64,000 nucleotides of DNA from a virus: IMG/VR virus record IMGVR_UViG_3300033148_003679, positions 1 to 64,000 of that record. The stretch is one strand, 5' to 3'. The notes below the pieces were generated by a model, which was not told where the DNA came from, made no database searches, and saw only the letters and a program-made list of their open reading frames with translations. Below, piece after piece: positions 21,050 through 31,434 of this stretch; the first letter of the stretch is position 1; every line of letters starts with the position of its first letter. The translations under genes and the position numbers were made by a program.

Positions 21050-22010
21050 CTCGCATCTTTCTTATCCGTCGTCCTACATCTTTAATCAGGTTGGGTCGAG
21101 GATCAACGTCGGGACTCTTTTTCTGTTGCGGTTCTGGTATATCCATATCCGAATCGCCAACATTCCAATCATCGTCTTCTTCTATTATATCTTCTGTATA
21201 CAAAGACTCTTCTTCACCATACATAATTTCATCGCCAACGTTTTCAACCTCGAACCCGTCATCCAAATCTGCAAAAACGTTTTCCATTATATCGCTAAAC
21301 TCTTGATCTTCTTTTGGGGTCAAAGTGGTTTTAGTTGGCAAAGTTTCGGGCGGTGGAATCTCTATGTTTAACCCCTGTTTCTTCGCAATTGACGTTATAA
21401 GATTGTGTAAAAAAGCGTCACTCTGGCTAGACGTTTCGAGACTACCGTCAGTCCGCGATATACCTATACCAAGATGTTTTGCAAGCGTTTTTAGAGCTTC
21501 TGGTTTAGAATACAGCTTTACTGTAGTAGTAGTTTTACCGGATTTGTCAATCACCTGTTTGATTTCGCTGATTGCAGCAGCAACGTCTTCTGGCAGATCA
21601 GCTGAAGGAATAAGTCGAATCCATTCACTGACTGTCCCGGTTTTCTTTTCATCGTCCTGCGAACTCTCTGTACGTCCCCACTGTATAACATCAGTAATCT
21701 TTACAAATGCCAGTCGAGCAAGTTCTTCTACAACTTTATCAGCTGATACAAACGTTCTTCGCATACGTTCAGCTTTAGCGTCCGCAATAGCGTCAAGAAT
21801 CTTCTGCTGTTTGATTAACGCCAGTCCTGTCCGACGTGCAGTTTTAGGAGAATATCCGGCACGAAGAGCAGCTTTCGGTGCACTCATATCTATTAGATAT
21901 TCGTATACAAATCTCTGTTGTAAACCTGATATGCCAGTTTGCTCTTGATCTATTTCAGGTTTAGACCGCGACTTGGGTCTGTTAGATTTGTTATTAGACT
22001 TGTTTGCCAT
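21039..22010 (-). CDS. terS: Terminase small subunit with acidic C-terminal extension
   Basis: QQRFVYEYLIDMSAPKAALRAGYSPKTA, VVEELARLAF and KPEALKTLAKHLG. Confidence 0.9.
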   Translation of the reverse strand: MANKSNNKSNRPKSRSKPEIDQEQTGISGLQQRFVYEYLIDMSAPKAALRAGYSPKTARRTGLALIKQQKILDAIADAKAERMRRTFVSADKVVEELARLAFVKITDVIQWGRTESSQDDEKKTGTVSEWIRLIPSADLPEDVAAAISEIKQVIDKSGKTTTTVKLYSKPEALKTLAKHLGIGISRTDGSLETSSQSDAFLHNLITSIAKKQGLNIEIPPPETLPTKTTLTPKEDQEFSDIMENVFADLDDGFEVENVGDEIMYGEEESLYTEDIIEEDDDWNVGDSDMDIPEPQQKKSPDVDPRPNLIKDVGRRIRKMRDGQ

Positions 22011-22189
22011 TATTCTGGTGTTTCTCCTCGTCGTTCCTGATCTTTCTGAATAGCATAGCCTTGAATACGCGCCCGTCGTTCAGCCTCTTTTCGAGCAGCT
22101 TCGTTTCCGAGCGTATATGTATAACACTTTCCTGTTTTACCCCATCGGAATCCAGGTTTGCCATCTTTTCTACATGGTTGGACAGGCAT
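22010..22189 (-). CDS. Small basic phage protein (59 aa, not in the ORF track)
   Basis: MPVQPCRKDGKPGFRWGKTGKCY...; its TAA overlaps the terS ATG, and GGAGG lies upstream. Confidence 0.65.
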   Translation of the reverse strand: MPVQPCRKDGKPGFRWGKTGKCYTYTLGNEAARKEAERRARIQGYAIQKDQERRGETPE

Positions 22190-22214
22190 ATTTTAGTACC
22201 TCCATTTCGATGCT

Positions 22215-22832
22215 CTATTCTTCTATTTTGGTGTTAAGCAACGGCAAAGCTAACGGTGAACGGGTTTCAACACGTTGTAAAAAACTTTTTGGAGCGTCGT
22301 ATATGAGTGTCGGTGCTGTAACAGTTATCCTGTCAACTTCATCGTTAATATCTTCGAGAGATGTTTCTGCGCCATCGTCTTTATTTGTGCTGTCGTCTTT
22401 GTTCTTGTCATCCATCTTATTATCGTCACTGCCATGAATATCGCCAGACTTTACTGCCATCTGTTTTGTTGGCAACATAATTGTAGACACACTAGACGAT
22501 ATATCGGCATCGTCGTAACCTACCAGAGTGTTGCGCGACACGGCATGGTCACCTGTCGGGCCTATAGTTAGAGCCGAGCCAATACCTACTCCAAGAGCGT
22601 TGAGTGCCGAACCTATCCCGACAGATACCGGGTTAAGAGTTGAAGCTGAAATTTCCAGAAACTTTTCAACAGGTCTTACAGCAGATTCAACTACTTTTAC
22701 TATAACACTATCTGTTTCCGGTGCTCTATACACGTGCGTAGTCTGGACAGCTTTCCTGTCTGTACGAAACGTAGCACAGCTAATAGACAATAGAAGAGTA
22801 ACACATAACATAACATAAACTTGTAACTTCAT
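22215..22832 (-). CDS. Predicted lipoprotein
   Basis: Hydrophobic signal ending LSIS-C. Confidence 0.55.
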   Translation of the reverse strand: MKLQVYVMLCVTLLLSISCATFRTDRKAVQTTHVYRAPETDSVIVKVVESAVRPVEKFLEISASTLNPVSVGIGSALNALGVGIGSALTIGPTGDHAVSRNTLVGYDDADISSSVSTIMLPTKQMAVKSGDIHGSDDNKMDDKNKDDSTNKDDGAETSLEDINDEVDRITVTAPTLIYDAPKSFLQRVETRSPLALPLLNTKIEE

Positions 22833-22837
22833 TTGGT

Positions 22838-23401
22838 TTAACCTCTCTTCTTTCTTTTTCGTAAAGCCGCCTGTACCCTCTTGTTCTGTGTAAGTCGGGA
22901 CAATGCTCTAAGAGGATGCGAATAACCAGCCGCTTTAACAGCTTTAAGAGGGTCTAACCCTTCGCGACGATATATCACATAGAGAGCCTGTTTTTCGGTC
23001 AAATCTTTGTATTGAGACAGTTCCGTTATCTTGACCTCTGGTTTATCAGTATAATCGGATTCCTGAAACTTATTCACATCCAGTTTACCGGCTAACGTTT
23101 CGGCGACAACCCGCATCCGCTGATTGACTTTTATCTGTTTTTCGAGCGGTATATCAACTTTGCTGTTCTTGAGTTTATGTGACATGTCTCGTAGAAGTTT
23201 GGACACAACCTCTTCGTACCGGAAATTTATCTCGTCACCTTCAATTTCTTTCGCTATCTTTTTAAACGATTCCTGGGCTAACCGTCTGACAAACAATCTA
23301 TACCGTATTGGACATTTTTTGATAAGTATTACGAGATAACTTACAAGAAAAGTACTGACAATCCCGATAGGAAACAAATGTTCTACAATCCATTCTATCA
23401 T
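22838..23401 (-). CDS. Membrane-anchored protein with C-terminal TerS-like HTH
   Basis: N-terminal TM segment; LTEKQALYV...AVKAAGYS...NKRVQAAL. Confidence 0.5.
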   Translation of the reverse strand: MIEWIVEHLFPIGIVSTFLVSYLVILIKKCPIRYRLFVRRLAQESFKKIAKEIEGDEINFRYEEVVSKLLRDMSHKLKNSKVDIPLEKQIKVNQRMRVVAETLAGKLDVNKFQESDYTDKPEVKITELSQYKDLTEKQALYVIYRREGLDPLKAVKAAGYSHPLRALSRLTQNKRVQAALRKRKKRG

Positions 23402-23435
23402 TTTTTATATTCTCCTGCTACTATATACATGTTTA

Positions 23436-23600
23436 TCAACGACGCCGGTTACGCGGTCTACCACGACGAACCGTTCCGCGACGACTTGTTCCACGACGCG
23501 AAACATTTAAGCTCCGTCTAGTACCGGTCCTACACGGGCCTAACCCGCGTCCAGTACGAGGACCTGCACCGTTCGGGCCTGTCCCATCTCTATTGGGCAT
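23436..23600 (-). CDS. DUF5320-like small Arg/Gly-rich protein (54 aa, not in the ORF track)
   Basis: MPNRDGTGPNGAGPRTGRGLGPC...RRR with a GGAGGTG RBS. Confidence 0.7.
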   Translation of the reverse strand: MPNRDGTGPNGAGPRTGRGLGPCRTGTRRSLNVSRRGTSRRGTVRRGRPRNRRR

Positions 23601-23720
23601 ACTTTTTCACCTCCTTGTTATTGTTGTCCGACTCTAACTCCTGTGTACTACCTACATACAACGTCTTTTTTCAGTTCATTGTTCATTATTCCTGTATATT
23701 ACCTATGTACCGTCACTTTA

Positions 23721-23749
23721 CATATATCACAAAAAACAGGTTTTGTCAA
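23721..23749 (-). promoter_or_regulatory. Putative promoter for the packaging/structural operon
   Basis: TTGACA-17 nt-TATATG on the minus strand. Confidence 0.5.
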
Positions 23750-23928
23750 ATGTATATTCGTGATTTAACTTTTTGATCTTATTTATGATATAATAGATTA
23801 GAAGTTGAATGCAGGGGAATGTTAGATAAAGAAAGAGAAGAGATATGGCAAGGTTAATACAGAGATATAGGGGTGAATTGTTGGTTTGTTAGTCTGCTGG
23901 TTTATTGGCCTGAAAGATTAGACTTGGT

Positions 23929-26151
23929 TTACGAACATTTACTCCAACCACATTCCAGACATACACGACAACCGCCTTCAGAAACCAATTGGCTATCGCA
24001 TAGAGGACATGTATCGGGAACTTGCTGTAAAGTGTCGTACGATATATCTGACGTATTATCTGTGCAATTGTTAGAACTGTTATTATTGTTCCAGAAATGT
24101 TCTAACGCCCGGCCAATAGCGTCTGGACATGACAATACTTTTAATTGTTTACCTTTACAAGACAGACATCGGATACCGCGCAGTTGTTCGATCACGTCCG
24201 TAACATTTACACCTGCACGTAAAGCTAACGATACGATTCTGCTAATAGCCTCGCTTTGCGCCGGACACCCGCCGGCTTTACCAAGGATAGTAAACACTTC
24301 ACAGATTCCGTCGTTGTCTTTGTTGACGGTAACGTATAGCGTACCACAAGCGACTCTAAACTTTGTAGTTGTACCTTCTGTAACCTGGTCACGGACACGT
24401 GGACTGATAGACGTTAGACTAGTACTACTGGAAATGTTTTGAGATTGAGACGATGAAGTAAGTATCTGTGTTTCTTTACATCCGTCCCGGAACACTGTAA
24501 CACCTTTACACCCCATTTTATATGCCATTATATACGTATTTCTCACATCTGCTACAGTAGCATTATGCGTAAGATTGACAGTTTTTGAAATTGAATTGTC
24601 CACATATTTCTGGAACGCCGCTTGCATAAGCACATGAGATGAAGGGTCTATATCATGTGCAGTTTTGAACACTTCTTTTGTTCTGTCAGGGACACCGTCC
24701 ATATTCTGTATACTACCACCAGCTTCCGATAACTTGTCAAAGAAGTTTTCAATCCCCCAATACTGGTTCTTCTTTGCATATCGTTCAAATACGGGGTTGA
24801 CCATCTGGACATATTCGTCGTCGATTTTCCGGTTGTATATAAGTGCATAGTTAGGTTCGATACCAGACGAACAGTTTGCAAGAAGAGAAAGGGTGCCAGT
24901 AGGTGCAACTGTAGTACATGCAGCGTTCCGCATATTTGCAAATTCACGGTACCATTCGCTCCCTTCAAACCCGTCGAAACTGCTACGACTCGCACCCAGA
25001 GATGCAGACGCTGTATGTGCCAGATTAGAAATAATTCTCATAATTTCCGAACCTAATTCCCGAGCTTCTACAGAATCGTATGGGATTTCCAGCATATACA
25101 AAACGTCTGCAAACCCCATAACGCCTAACCCGATCTTTCTATTACGTAGTGTAGCCGTCCTGATCTCGTTTGTAGGGTATACGTTTACAGATATTGTATC
25201 ATCGAGAAATCGTACACATGTGGAGACAGTTTTGGACGCAAGTAGTTTCGAGAAGTCAAATGAACGGGTAGATTCATTTACAAATTTCGTGAGGTTTATA
25301 GAACCCAGACAACAGCTTTCGTTTGCTAACAAAAACTGTTCGCCACACGGGTTACACGCTTCGATTCTACCGAGATTTGGTGTAGGATTAGTCGCGTTTA
25401 CTTTGTCAATAAACAGTATACCGGGATCGCCGCAAGCGTGGGCTGTAGAACATATCAGGTTCCATAATTCGACGGTTTTTACAGATTTGTATACTTTACT
25501 GCCAAATTTCAGGTTGAATGTCTCTTTACCGGACAATAGATGATCCATAAACTCGTCTGTAACCGATACAGAAATGTTAAACGCTTCAAGACCGCCATTC
25601 CTTTTACACTGGACAAACTCTTCGATGTCAGGATGGTCGATACGTAGAATACCGATGTTGGCACCTCGACGCATACCACCCTGTTTTACCCGCTGGCAAA
25701 AAGAATGGATAGCTTGCATGAAACTTATCGGGCCGGAAGCTACTCCGTTAGTGGTTTTGACCCGTGCACCGCGTGGCCGTAACTGTGAAAAGTCGAACCC
25801 TACACCACCGCCAAGTTTCTGGATTATAACCGCTATAGAGTTAGCATCGAGGATACCTTGCATAGTATCCGGCACGTTTACAACAAAACATGCCGATAAC
25901 ATGGATGGTGAACCTTCCCGACCAGCGTTGAATAGTGTAGGTGAATTGGGCAGAAATGTACCGGATTCCATTAGAGAATAGAACTTGTTCTCCCATTTTG
26001 TTTGATATGGTTCCAGTTCAGCTTCTGCAATATATCTGGCTACCCGCCGCCATAACATGTCTGGAGATGTTTCAACAAGTATATAGTTTTCGTCTCGAAC
26101 CAAATATCGTTTTTCGAGTAAAGATTTTGCAAGTTTTGTTAATTCTGCCAT
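23929..26151 (-). CDS. nrdJ: Class II (B12-dependent) ribonucleotide reductase
   Basis: FLPNSPTLFNAG, SACFV, NPCGEQ, VAPTGTLS, a TSCPD-like domain (SCPDAIG) and a C-terminal Zn ribbon. No small subunit seen. Confidence 0.93.
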   Translation of the reverse strand: MAELTKLAKSLLEKRYLVRDENYILVETSPDMLWRRVARYIAEAELEPYQTKWENKFYSLMESGTFLPNSPTLFNAGREGSPSMLSACFVVNVPDTMQGILDANSIAVIIQKLGGGVGFDFSQLRPRGARVKTTNGVASGPISFMQAIHSFCQRVKQGGMRRGANIGILRIDHPDIEEFVQCKRNGGLEAFNISVSVTDEFMDHLLSGKETFNLKFGSKVYKSVKTVELWNLICSTAHACGDPGILFIDKVNATNPTPNLGRIEACNPCGEQFLLANESCCLGSINLTKFVNESTRSFDFSKLLASKTVSTCVRFLDDTISVNVYPTNEIRTATLRNRKIGLGVMGFADVLYMLEIPYDSVEARELGSEIMRIISNLAHTASASLGASRSSFDGFEGSEWYREFANMRNAACTTVAPTGTLSLLANCSSGIEPNYALIYNRKIDDEYVQMVNPVFERYAKKNQYWGIENFFDKLSEAGGSIQNMDGVPDRTKEVFKTAHDIDPSSHVLMQAAFQKYVDNSISKTVNLTHNATVADVRNTYIMAYKMGCKGVTVFRDGCKETQILTSSSQSQNISSSTSLTSISPRVRDQVTEGTTTKFRVACGTLYVTVNKDNDGICEVFTILGKAGGCPAQSEAISRIVSLALRAGVNVTDVIEQLRGIRCLSCKGKQLKVLSCPDAIGRALEHFWNNNNSSNNCTDNTSDISYDTLQQVPDTCPLCDSQLVSEGGCRVCLECGWSKCS

Positions 26152-26238
26152 AAGGCTGGGTTCTCCTTTAGCCGAGTCTCGTTCGTAATTCGTTCAACCA
26201 CTTGCGAAACGTCTGATCTGCTATAGTAGTAGGTTTAG

Positions 26239-27594
26239 TCATAGATCGAGTACCCCTTGCCGGGACCAATGTTCAATCCGCTGCCGCGCGATCTCACAAT
26301 ACTGTTCGTCCTTCTCGATCCCAATAAACGAACGGTTCTCCAGATAAGCGGCAATACCAGTTGTACCGCTACCCATGAAAGGATCGAGTACCGTGCCGCC
26401 TGTTGGCATACGGGTCAATCGGCACAGATATCGCATAAGAGGGACATTTTTCACTGTGGGATGCCCGTTACGATGGCATCTTACTTTTTGACCTTTATCA
26501 TTTAGATGGTGCGTTGAATCCAGTTGGCCACATTTCAAACATGGCAGATGACCTATAAGTCCTTGTTCTCGTTCAGACCGAGACGCTTTACTAGTATAGC
26601 ATATTCGTTTAAAGTAGCGGGACACACCACCAATGCCCGGATACCGTGTAGTTACTACTCCTCCACCGATATTGATCGCGCTACCCTTGTTCTTCCCACC
26701 ACCGGTTTTATAATTACCTTCAGTTGTAATTTCACTCTGCTCGTCCACCATCTCGGCAGCCGTCTCGTCCAAGATTAGATTCGCAGGCCAGCGACCTTGT
26801 ACTGTCTTTTCTGCTGCCTCCATCCCAATTTTATTCCATCCATCATCATTTAAGTTTCTATTCTTAGTCAATCCTGGCTGGTATGTATGCTCTTCCTTCC
26901 CTATCCGCGCCCCGTCAATCCATAACCCGGCAACTCCCCACTTTTCGGCATTCTGCGCGAACGTACCGTCCAGCGGTTTCATCGCTAACACAATTGGCTC
27001 GTATGCAGGTTTGAGTGCCGTCCCATACCCGTCCCACTGCTTAGCGAGATCAGTTGCAGGAGCGGTGATGTCAACACCATGACCAAAAGATTCTGATGTA
27101 CCATAACCACTGTTTTGACTATGTATTGTATAATTTGTGTCACGGCCTTGTTCTCGAAATTGGATTGACTGTGTTTTGCCAATTACTTCCCTCTCAACCC
27201 CTGCTGCCTTATCAATCGCCTTGCTAATATCATGCGATTTCGGAAAGCCTGACCCGTACACCCAAAGTAACGGCCCGTACAGAAATCCCATACAATCCCG
27301 TATCTCCCACCCTGCATCTTCGATAGCGCACGTCAACCGATGATATGTACGGGTACCGCCAAACGCTATAAGCATCGCACCTGGTTTGGCTACGCGGAGA
27401 GCTTCGTGCCATAGTTCAACATTTGCGGCAGGATTGTCCTTTGGTTTATCAAACTCTTTTGCCATGAACCCTATCATATACGGCGGATCGCAGATTATCG
27501 TGTCTACACTATTCTCCGGCATCTCGCGCATAACGGTCAAACAGTCATCGTGATACAGGATCGTCTTCCCATACTCATAATACGGTTCAGCCAT
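26239..27594 (-). CDS. DNA methyltransferase, N4/N6 beta class
   Basis: DPPY near the N-terminus; HPTVKN and VLDPFMGSGTTG near the C-terminus. Confidence 0.92.
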   Translation of the reverse strand: MAEPYYEYGKTILYHDDCLTVMREMPENSVDTIICDPPYMIGFMAKEFDKPKDNPAANVELWHEALRVAKPGAMLIAFGGTRTYHRLTCAIEDAGWEIRDCMGFLYGPLLWVYGSGFPKSHDISKAIDKAAGVEREVIGKTQSIQFREQGRDTNYTIHSQNSGYGTSESFGHGVDITAPATDLAKQWDGYGTALKPAYEPIVLAMKPLDGTFAQNAEKWGVAGLWIDGARIGKEEHTYQPGLTKNRNLNDDGWNKIGMEAAEKTVQGRWPANLILDETAAEMVDEQSEITTEGNYKTGGGKNKGSAINIGGGVVTTRYPGIGGVSRYFKRICYTSKASRSEREQGLIGHLPCLKCGQLDSTHHLNDKGQKVRCHRNGHPTVKNVPLMRYLCRLTRMPTGGTVLDPFMGSGTTGIAAYLENRSFIGIEKDEQYCEIARQRIEHWSRQGVLDL

Positions 27595-27785
27595 AATTCA
27601 AATATTACCTTCTATCATATAGCTAGCTAGCACTCAACTATCAACACAATCATTATATATGTCGAACCAGTTTACGCATCGTTGTTGCTATATCCTCCTA
27701 ACAAGAACTAACAAGAATTACCCCGCTCAGAGCTTTTTATGGCAAGCCGGACCTTTTTACTATAAATCGAGCGGGGTAACAGACT

Positions 27786-28094
27786 CTATTTTTTCTTTTT
27801 CTCTGACGGTTTCCGTTTCGCTTTTGCTTTTTTCTTTGATTTAACACATTTTAACTCACATCTACTCAAAATCGCTACTTTAGGTATCTTTACCAACCCG
27901 TCTACTATACCACTATTCGGTTCCTGTGTCAGTACAACCATTACATAAACATTGTCTTCTGCATAAACCTGACCTACCGTAACCATCTCGAAAGGATCAC
28001 CCTCAAAAAACTTTTCGGCTTCCTCTTTTGTAAACCATCTCATGTTGTCCGGCGAATTCGCGTCTATCCATTCAATTCTTTCTACTGGTAACAT
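27786..28094 (-). CDS. Hypothetical phage protein
   Basis: IEWIDA...TVG...IPKVAI pattern, common in small phage proteins. Confidence 0.55.
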   Translation of the reverse strand: MLPVERIEWIDANSPDNMRWFTKEEAEKFFEGDPFEMVTVGQVYAEDNVYVMVVLTQEPNSGIVDGLVKIPKVAILSRCELKCVKSKKKAKAKRKPSEKKKK

Positions 28095-28267
28095 GGTCTA
28101 TGCCTTATCTGTTTCTTTTCTATTGTTATACTGTCTATGGCCAACAGAATACTTTGTCACATGCAAATTTCGTTTCCATGCAGGCCAACTCTTTATCGTC
28201 GCTCGGGCTACACTGGCCAGTTTCCAGAAATCCATATTCTCAACATTAATACGTTTGGTTATTGCCA

Positions 28268-28474
28268 TTACTTTTTCCCGTCACTTGCATATAACCCGTC
28301 TCTATCTTCCCACTTAAAACTAGACTCCTGCTGAAACTGTCGTTTAAGACAGAGCCGACAATGCCGGTGTTCTCGTCCACGCTGAGTCCACGATTTACCA
28401 TCATATTTCCACCAATGTCCGTATATAGCACAGATTTCGCCATTAAGAGCCATTTCCTGTACAGATGTCGCCAT
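28268..28474 (-). CDS. Hypothetical Zn-binding protein
   Basis: C..GH.W and CRLC motifs, with a GAGGAG RBS. Confidence 0.5.
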   Translation of the reverse strand: MATSVQEMALNGEICAIYGHWWKYDGKSWTQRGREHRHCRLCLKRQFQQESSFKWEDRDGLYASDGKK

Positions 28475-28519
28475 TTTTGTATTCTCCTCTACACGAAGTC
28501 TGTAGGTTTTGCAGTAAGT

Positions 28520-28807
28520 CTATAGGTCTTGTAACAAATCGTTTACCCGGTTATGTATTATTACTAACGGTGGTTCGGGCGGATCATGTAAGGGTTCGAT
28601 AAGCCCGCCCCCGCCACACGTCTGGCAAAACGGGTTATGTCCGTCACAGTCGGGACACAACTCTAACACAAACGGGTTACACCAACAAGGGGTGTCAACA
28701 TAGTTGGTATGTTCCTTTATATCTGTCCTTGGCGACGGCATTATATGTACAATATCGTCTCGTTCTTTATTAGCCCATTCCCATCCAGAACAGAATCTTG
28801 TGCACAT
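28520..28807 (-). CDS. Hypothetical Cys-rich protein
   Basis: CWCNP, CPDCDG, CQTCGG and IIHN. Confidence 0.55.
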   Translation of the reverse strand: MCTRFCSGWEWANKERDDIVHIMPSPRTDIKEHTNYVDTPCWCNPFVLELCPDCDGHNPFCQTCGGGGLIEPLHDPPEPPLVIIHNRVNDLLQDL

Positions 28808-29196
28808 GTTCCTGCTATTCCTTTAAGTAGTAAGGTGGCTATACTTATGCTTCAGCAACCACTCTTGCGAGTCGTCGATCCAAGCGTATGTCACGAATTC
28901 GCCGCTGTGATCCATAAAGGATAAAGTGTCATTATCCCCTTTGGCTGTAGTTATTAGCCGAATTGAGAAGTCGCAGGATTGATACGCCTGAATGATTATC
29001 TTCTCTGCCTTATTGTGGGTCATTTTTGTTGGTAATTCGTGAATATCCATTTTCTGATTATTCCTCTCAAATATCGTCTTGTTTCTCTGCTCTTTTAACA
29101 AGAAAAATAGTAGCAAGGCGATGCTCGATGCCGTACACAGAAAGGAGGAGGAAAGAGTAGAGGGACATCACATAACCTTGCTACTATAATTATTTC

Positions 29197-29250
29197 CTAT
29201 GTACTACCTACGCATGATCTATTATACCATAAACAAGAGCAAAAAGTCAA
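29197..29250 (-). promoter_or_regulatory. Promoter plus conserved leader element
   Basis: TTGACT-18-TATAAT-AGATCATGCGTAGGTAGTACA; related copies at 30047, 31248 and 46024. Confidence 0.7.
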
Positions 29251-29418
29251 ATTACAACTATACCCGCACCCGCCACTATTACCGCTCTTTCCTGCGCACT
29301 CCTTGATAACTTCTTGCCATTGTTATCATTTGCCGCTGGGGCGAACAATCCTGTAGAAAATTTTTGGCCTATACAAAAAGCTGACAGAACAGTGAAAAAA
29401 GAGGTGGGGGTGAGTGAT

Positions 29419-30022
29419 ATACTAACCTTATACTAATTTCATACTAATTCATACTAATTTAGTATATCCAAGTACTGCTGGCAAAACTGTCAACCATTAA
29501 TATTGTCCTCTTCGGGGTGTGACAAAAGAATAAGCAAAAGGATAACTATTCGCTCCGGAACTCCAGTGTTACAATCAGTTTGCCGTATGCTCTCTCGATA
29601 TTGTCGAGCCACCACTCATCTTCAAACTGTTCCATGCACTCATTGGTCTGTAAGGGATCCATGTCAGATAGAATTGAAACGACAAGCTGTGCAAATCCGC
29701 CGGACTCGGGATCTGTGATGATATAGAGAAAGGCTTCCGATATTGAAATGTATTTGCCAGCATTCCGAAAGATGTCACCTAGTAAGACTAACAGGAACCG
29801 ATTTTTTTCAATAAACGAGACTACAGCGTCGCGTTCGCGGAATATGAAACATGTTTCAAGTGAGTCTATCGTGGATGCAGTAGCTTTTTGTCGAAGGAAA
29901 TGAGGAATTGCAACATTCTTAAAGTGATAATGCCGGTTGAAAAGGAGCATCGAGTTTACCGCCTTTTGTTGTATTCTCTTTATACTAACCTTACACTAAT
30001 TCATACTAATTTAATATATCCA
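29419..30022. repeat. Direct repeats of ATACTAA units (29419-29471 and 29982-30022) flanking one gene
   Basis: ATACTAACCTTA(T/C)ACTAAT...CATACTAATTTA(G/A)TATATCCAA occurs twice. Confidence 0.75.
29546..29950 (-). CDS. Hypothetical protein
   Basis: 134-aa ORF ending QFEDEWWLDN...LEF. Confidence 0.55.
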   Translation of the reverse strand: MLLFNRHYHFKNVAIPHFLRQKATASTIDSLETCFIFRERDAVVSFIEKNRFLLVLLGDIFRNAGKYISISEAFLYIITDPESGGFAQLVVSILSDMDPLQTNECMEQFEDEWWLDNIERAYGKLIVTLEFRSE

Positions 30023-30107
30023 AACTTATTTAAACTCCTTTGTGGTCTGACTTTTTAATTTTGTTTATGGTATAATAGATCATACGTAGATAGTACACAG
30101 GCAAATT

Positions 30108-31196
30108 TCAGGATCCCTTTTCAAGTAAAAACAGGAACTCTTTATTAGGTTTCTGTACATCTCGTAACCATTGATTAGTCCATTTCATGCCTGCCATCAC
30201 ATTCTTCTTGTAGTCGAGTTCCACGACTTCCAGAACCTTGCCGTTACTTTGCAGAATATCGTTGAGTTCATTAGCTGTTGCTCGACCACCAGAACTGTAG
30301 GACAGGATGATCCACCGGGCTTGAGTTGTTTTAATCAATCTCTCGATTGCCTCGACTGCAATGAAACGCCCGCTGACGCTACGTCGAAAGTTCTCAAATA
30401 CAGATACAGCCACCTTGTCCGACGTGTCCTTGCGACGATTCGCCTTGCCGAACAAAACAGGCTTGTCGAAGAGGCAGATGCTCGTCCAGACGTGGTAGTA
30501 GGATGCATACCGGACTCGCGAAGGTGGCATCTTCTCGTTGTTCGATCCGTAGGGCGGGTCGAAGTAGGCAAGGTCTACGGACACACGTGGGACGAGATCA
30601 AAGATGTCACTTCGGAACACTTGGTGTTCTCGTGATGCCTTAAAGACATCCGGCACCTTGAGCATCAGTTCCTTGTATGAACGAGCAGACCAGTCCTTGA
30701 GATACGAAACGAAATGGCCAAGGGTATTATCCACCCGATCCAGTGCCAATATGAGACTGGTAAGAGCCACGGCCCGATCAACACCATCAAGATCGAGTGA
30801 GTCTATCTCCTGCCGGATAGCATCCAGTTTTCGCGTATTGTGTACTTGCCAAGGTTTCTTGAGACCGTCCTGCTGGACTGCACAGCCCCCGTTGGGTTTT
30901 CCACCGTAGTGCTCTGTGAACCAACCATCAACGGGGGATACGGCATTAAGATGAGCGATTAACTCCTGATACTGCCAGGGTTGTTTCTGATTGAGAAGAT
31001 AGCAGGTGCCAAAGACTTCCGACCAAACCGCAAGATCGTTGCACAGAACCCTATATCCAGACTTTGCTAAAGCCTGTGATACACGCGTAGTCCCAGAGAA
31101 TCCATCCAGTATCGTGCGCGCATTAACACGCTTAACAAGTTGAAGTATCTGCGGAATTAGCTTCGCTTTTGAACCTATATACTTAATACTTTCCAT
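30108..31196 (-). CDS. DNA adenine methyltransferase (D12 / FokI-like)
   Basis: KYIGSK, DGFSGT and YFDPPY in alpha-class order. Confidence 0.9.
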   Translation of the reverse strand: MESIKYIGSKAKLIPQILQLVKRVNARTILDGFSGTTRVSQALAKSGYRVLCNDLAVWSEVFGTCYLLNQKQPWQYQELIAHLNAVSPVDGWFTEHYGGKPNGGCAVQQDGLKKPWQVHNTRKLDAIRQEIDSLDLDGVDRAVALTSLILALDRVDNTLGHFVSYLKDWSARSYKELMLKVPDVFKASREHQVFRSDIFDLVPRVSVDLAYFDPPYGSNNEKMPPSRVRYASYYHVWTSICLFDKPVLFGKANRRKDTSDKVAVSVFENFRRSVSGRFIAVEAIERLIKTTQARWIILSYSSGGRATANELNDILQSNGKVLEVVELDYKKNVMAGMKWTNQWLRDVQKPNKEFLFLLEKGS

Positions 31197-31248
31197 GTGT
31201 ACTACCTGCGCATGATCTATTATACCATAAACAGAATCAAAAAGTCAA
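31197..31248 (-). promoter_or_regulatory. Promoter/leader for the D12 methyltransferase
   Basis: TTGACT-18-TATAAT-AGATCATGCGCAGGTAGTACAC-ATG. Confidence 0.7.
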
Positions 31249-31434
31249 AAACGCACTACAAATAAAACACTGCATATAAGACACTGCATACTGTAAATAA
31301 AGCACTTTATAAACAAGGTACTACCTGCAAATAAAGCACTATAACGCAATACGAAAAAGAATGCGGAGCGTCAAGTGGCTGGGGTTTGGGATTTGAGATG
31401 AGAATATGGGAGAGGGTGAATGGTCACCCCCCCC

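Noticed and set aside
1244-26153. Plus-strand ORFs antisense to the structural, glycan and RNR genes
   Set aside because: They are shadow ORFs overlapping well-supported minus-strand genes.
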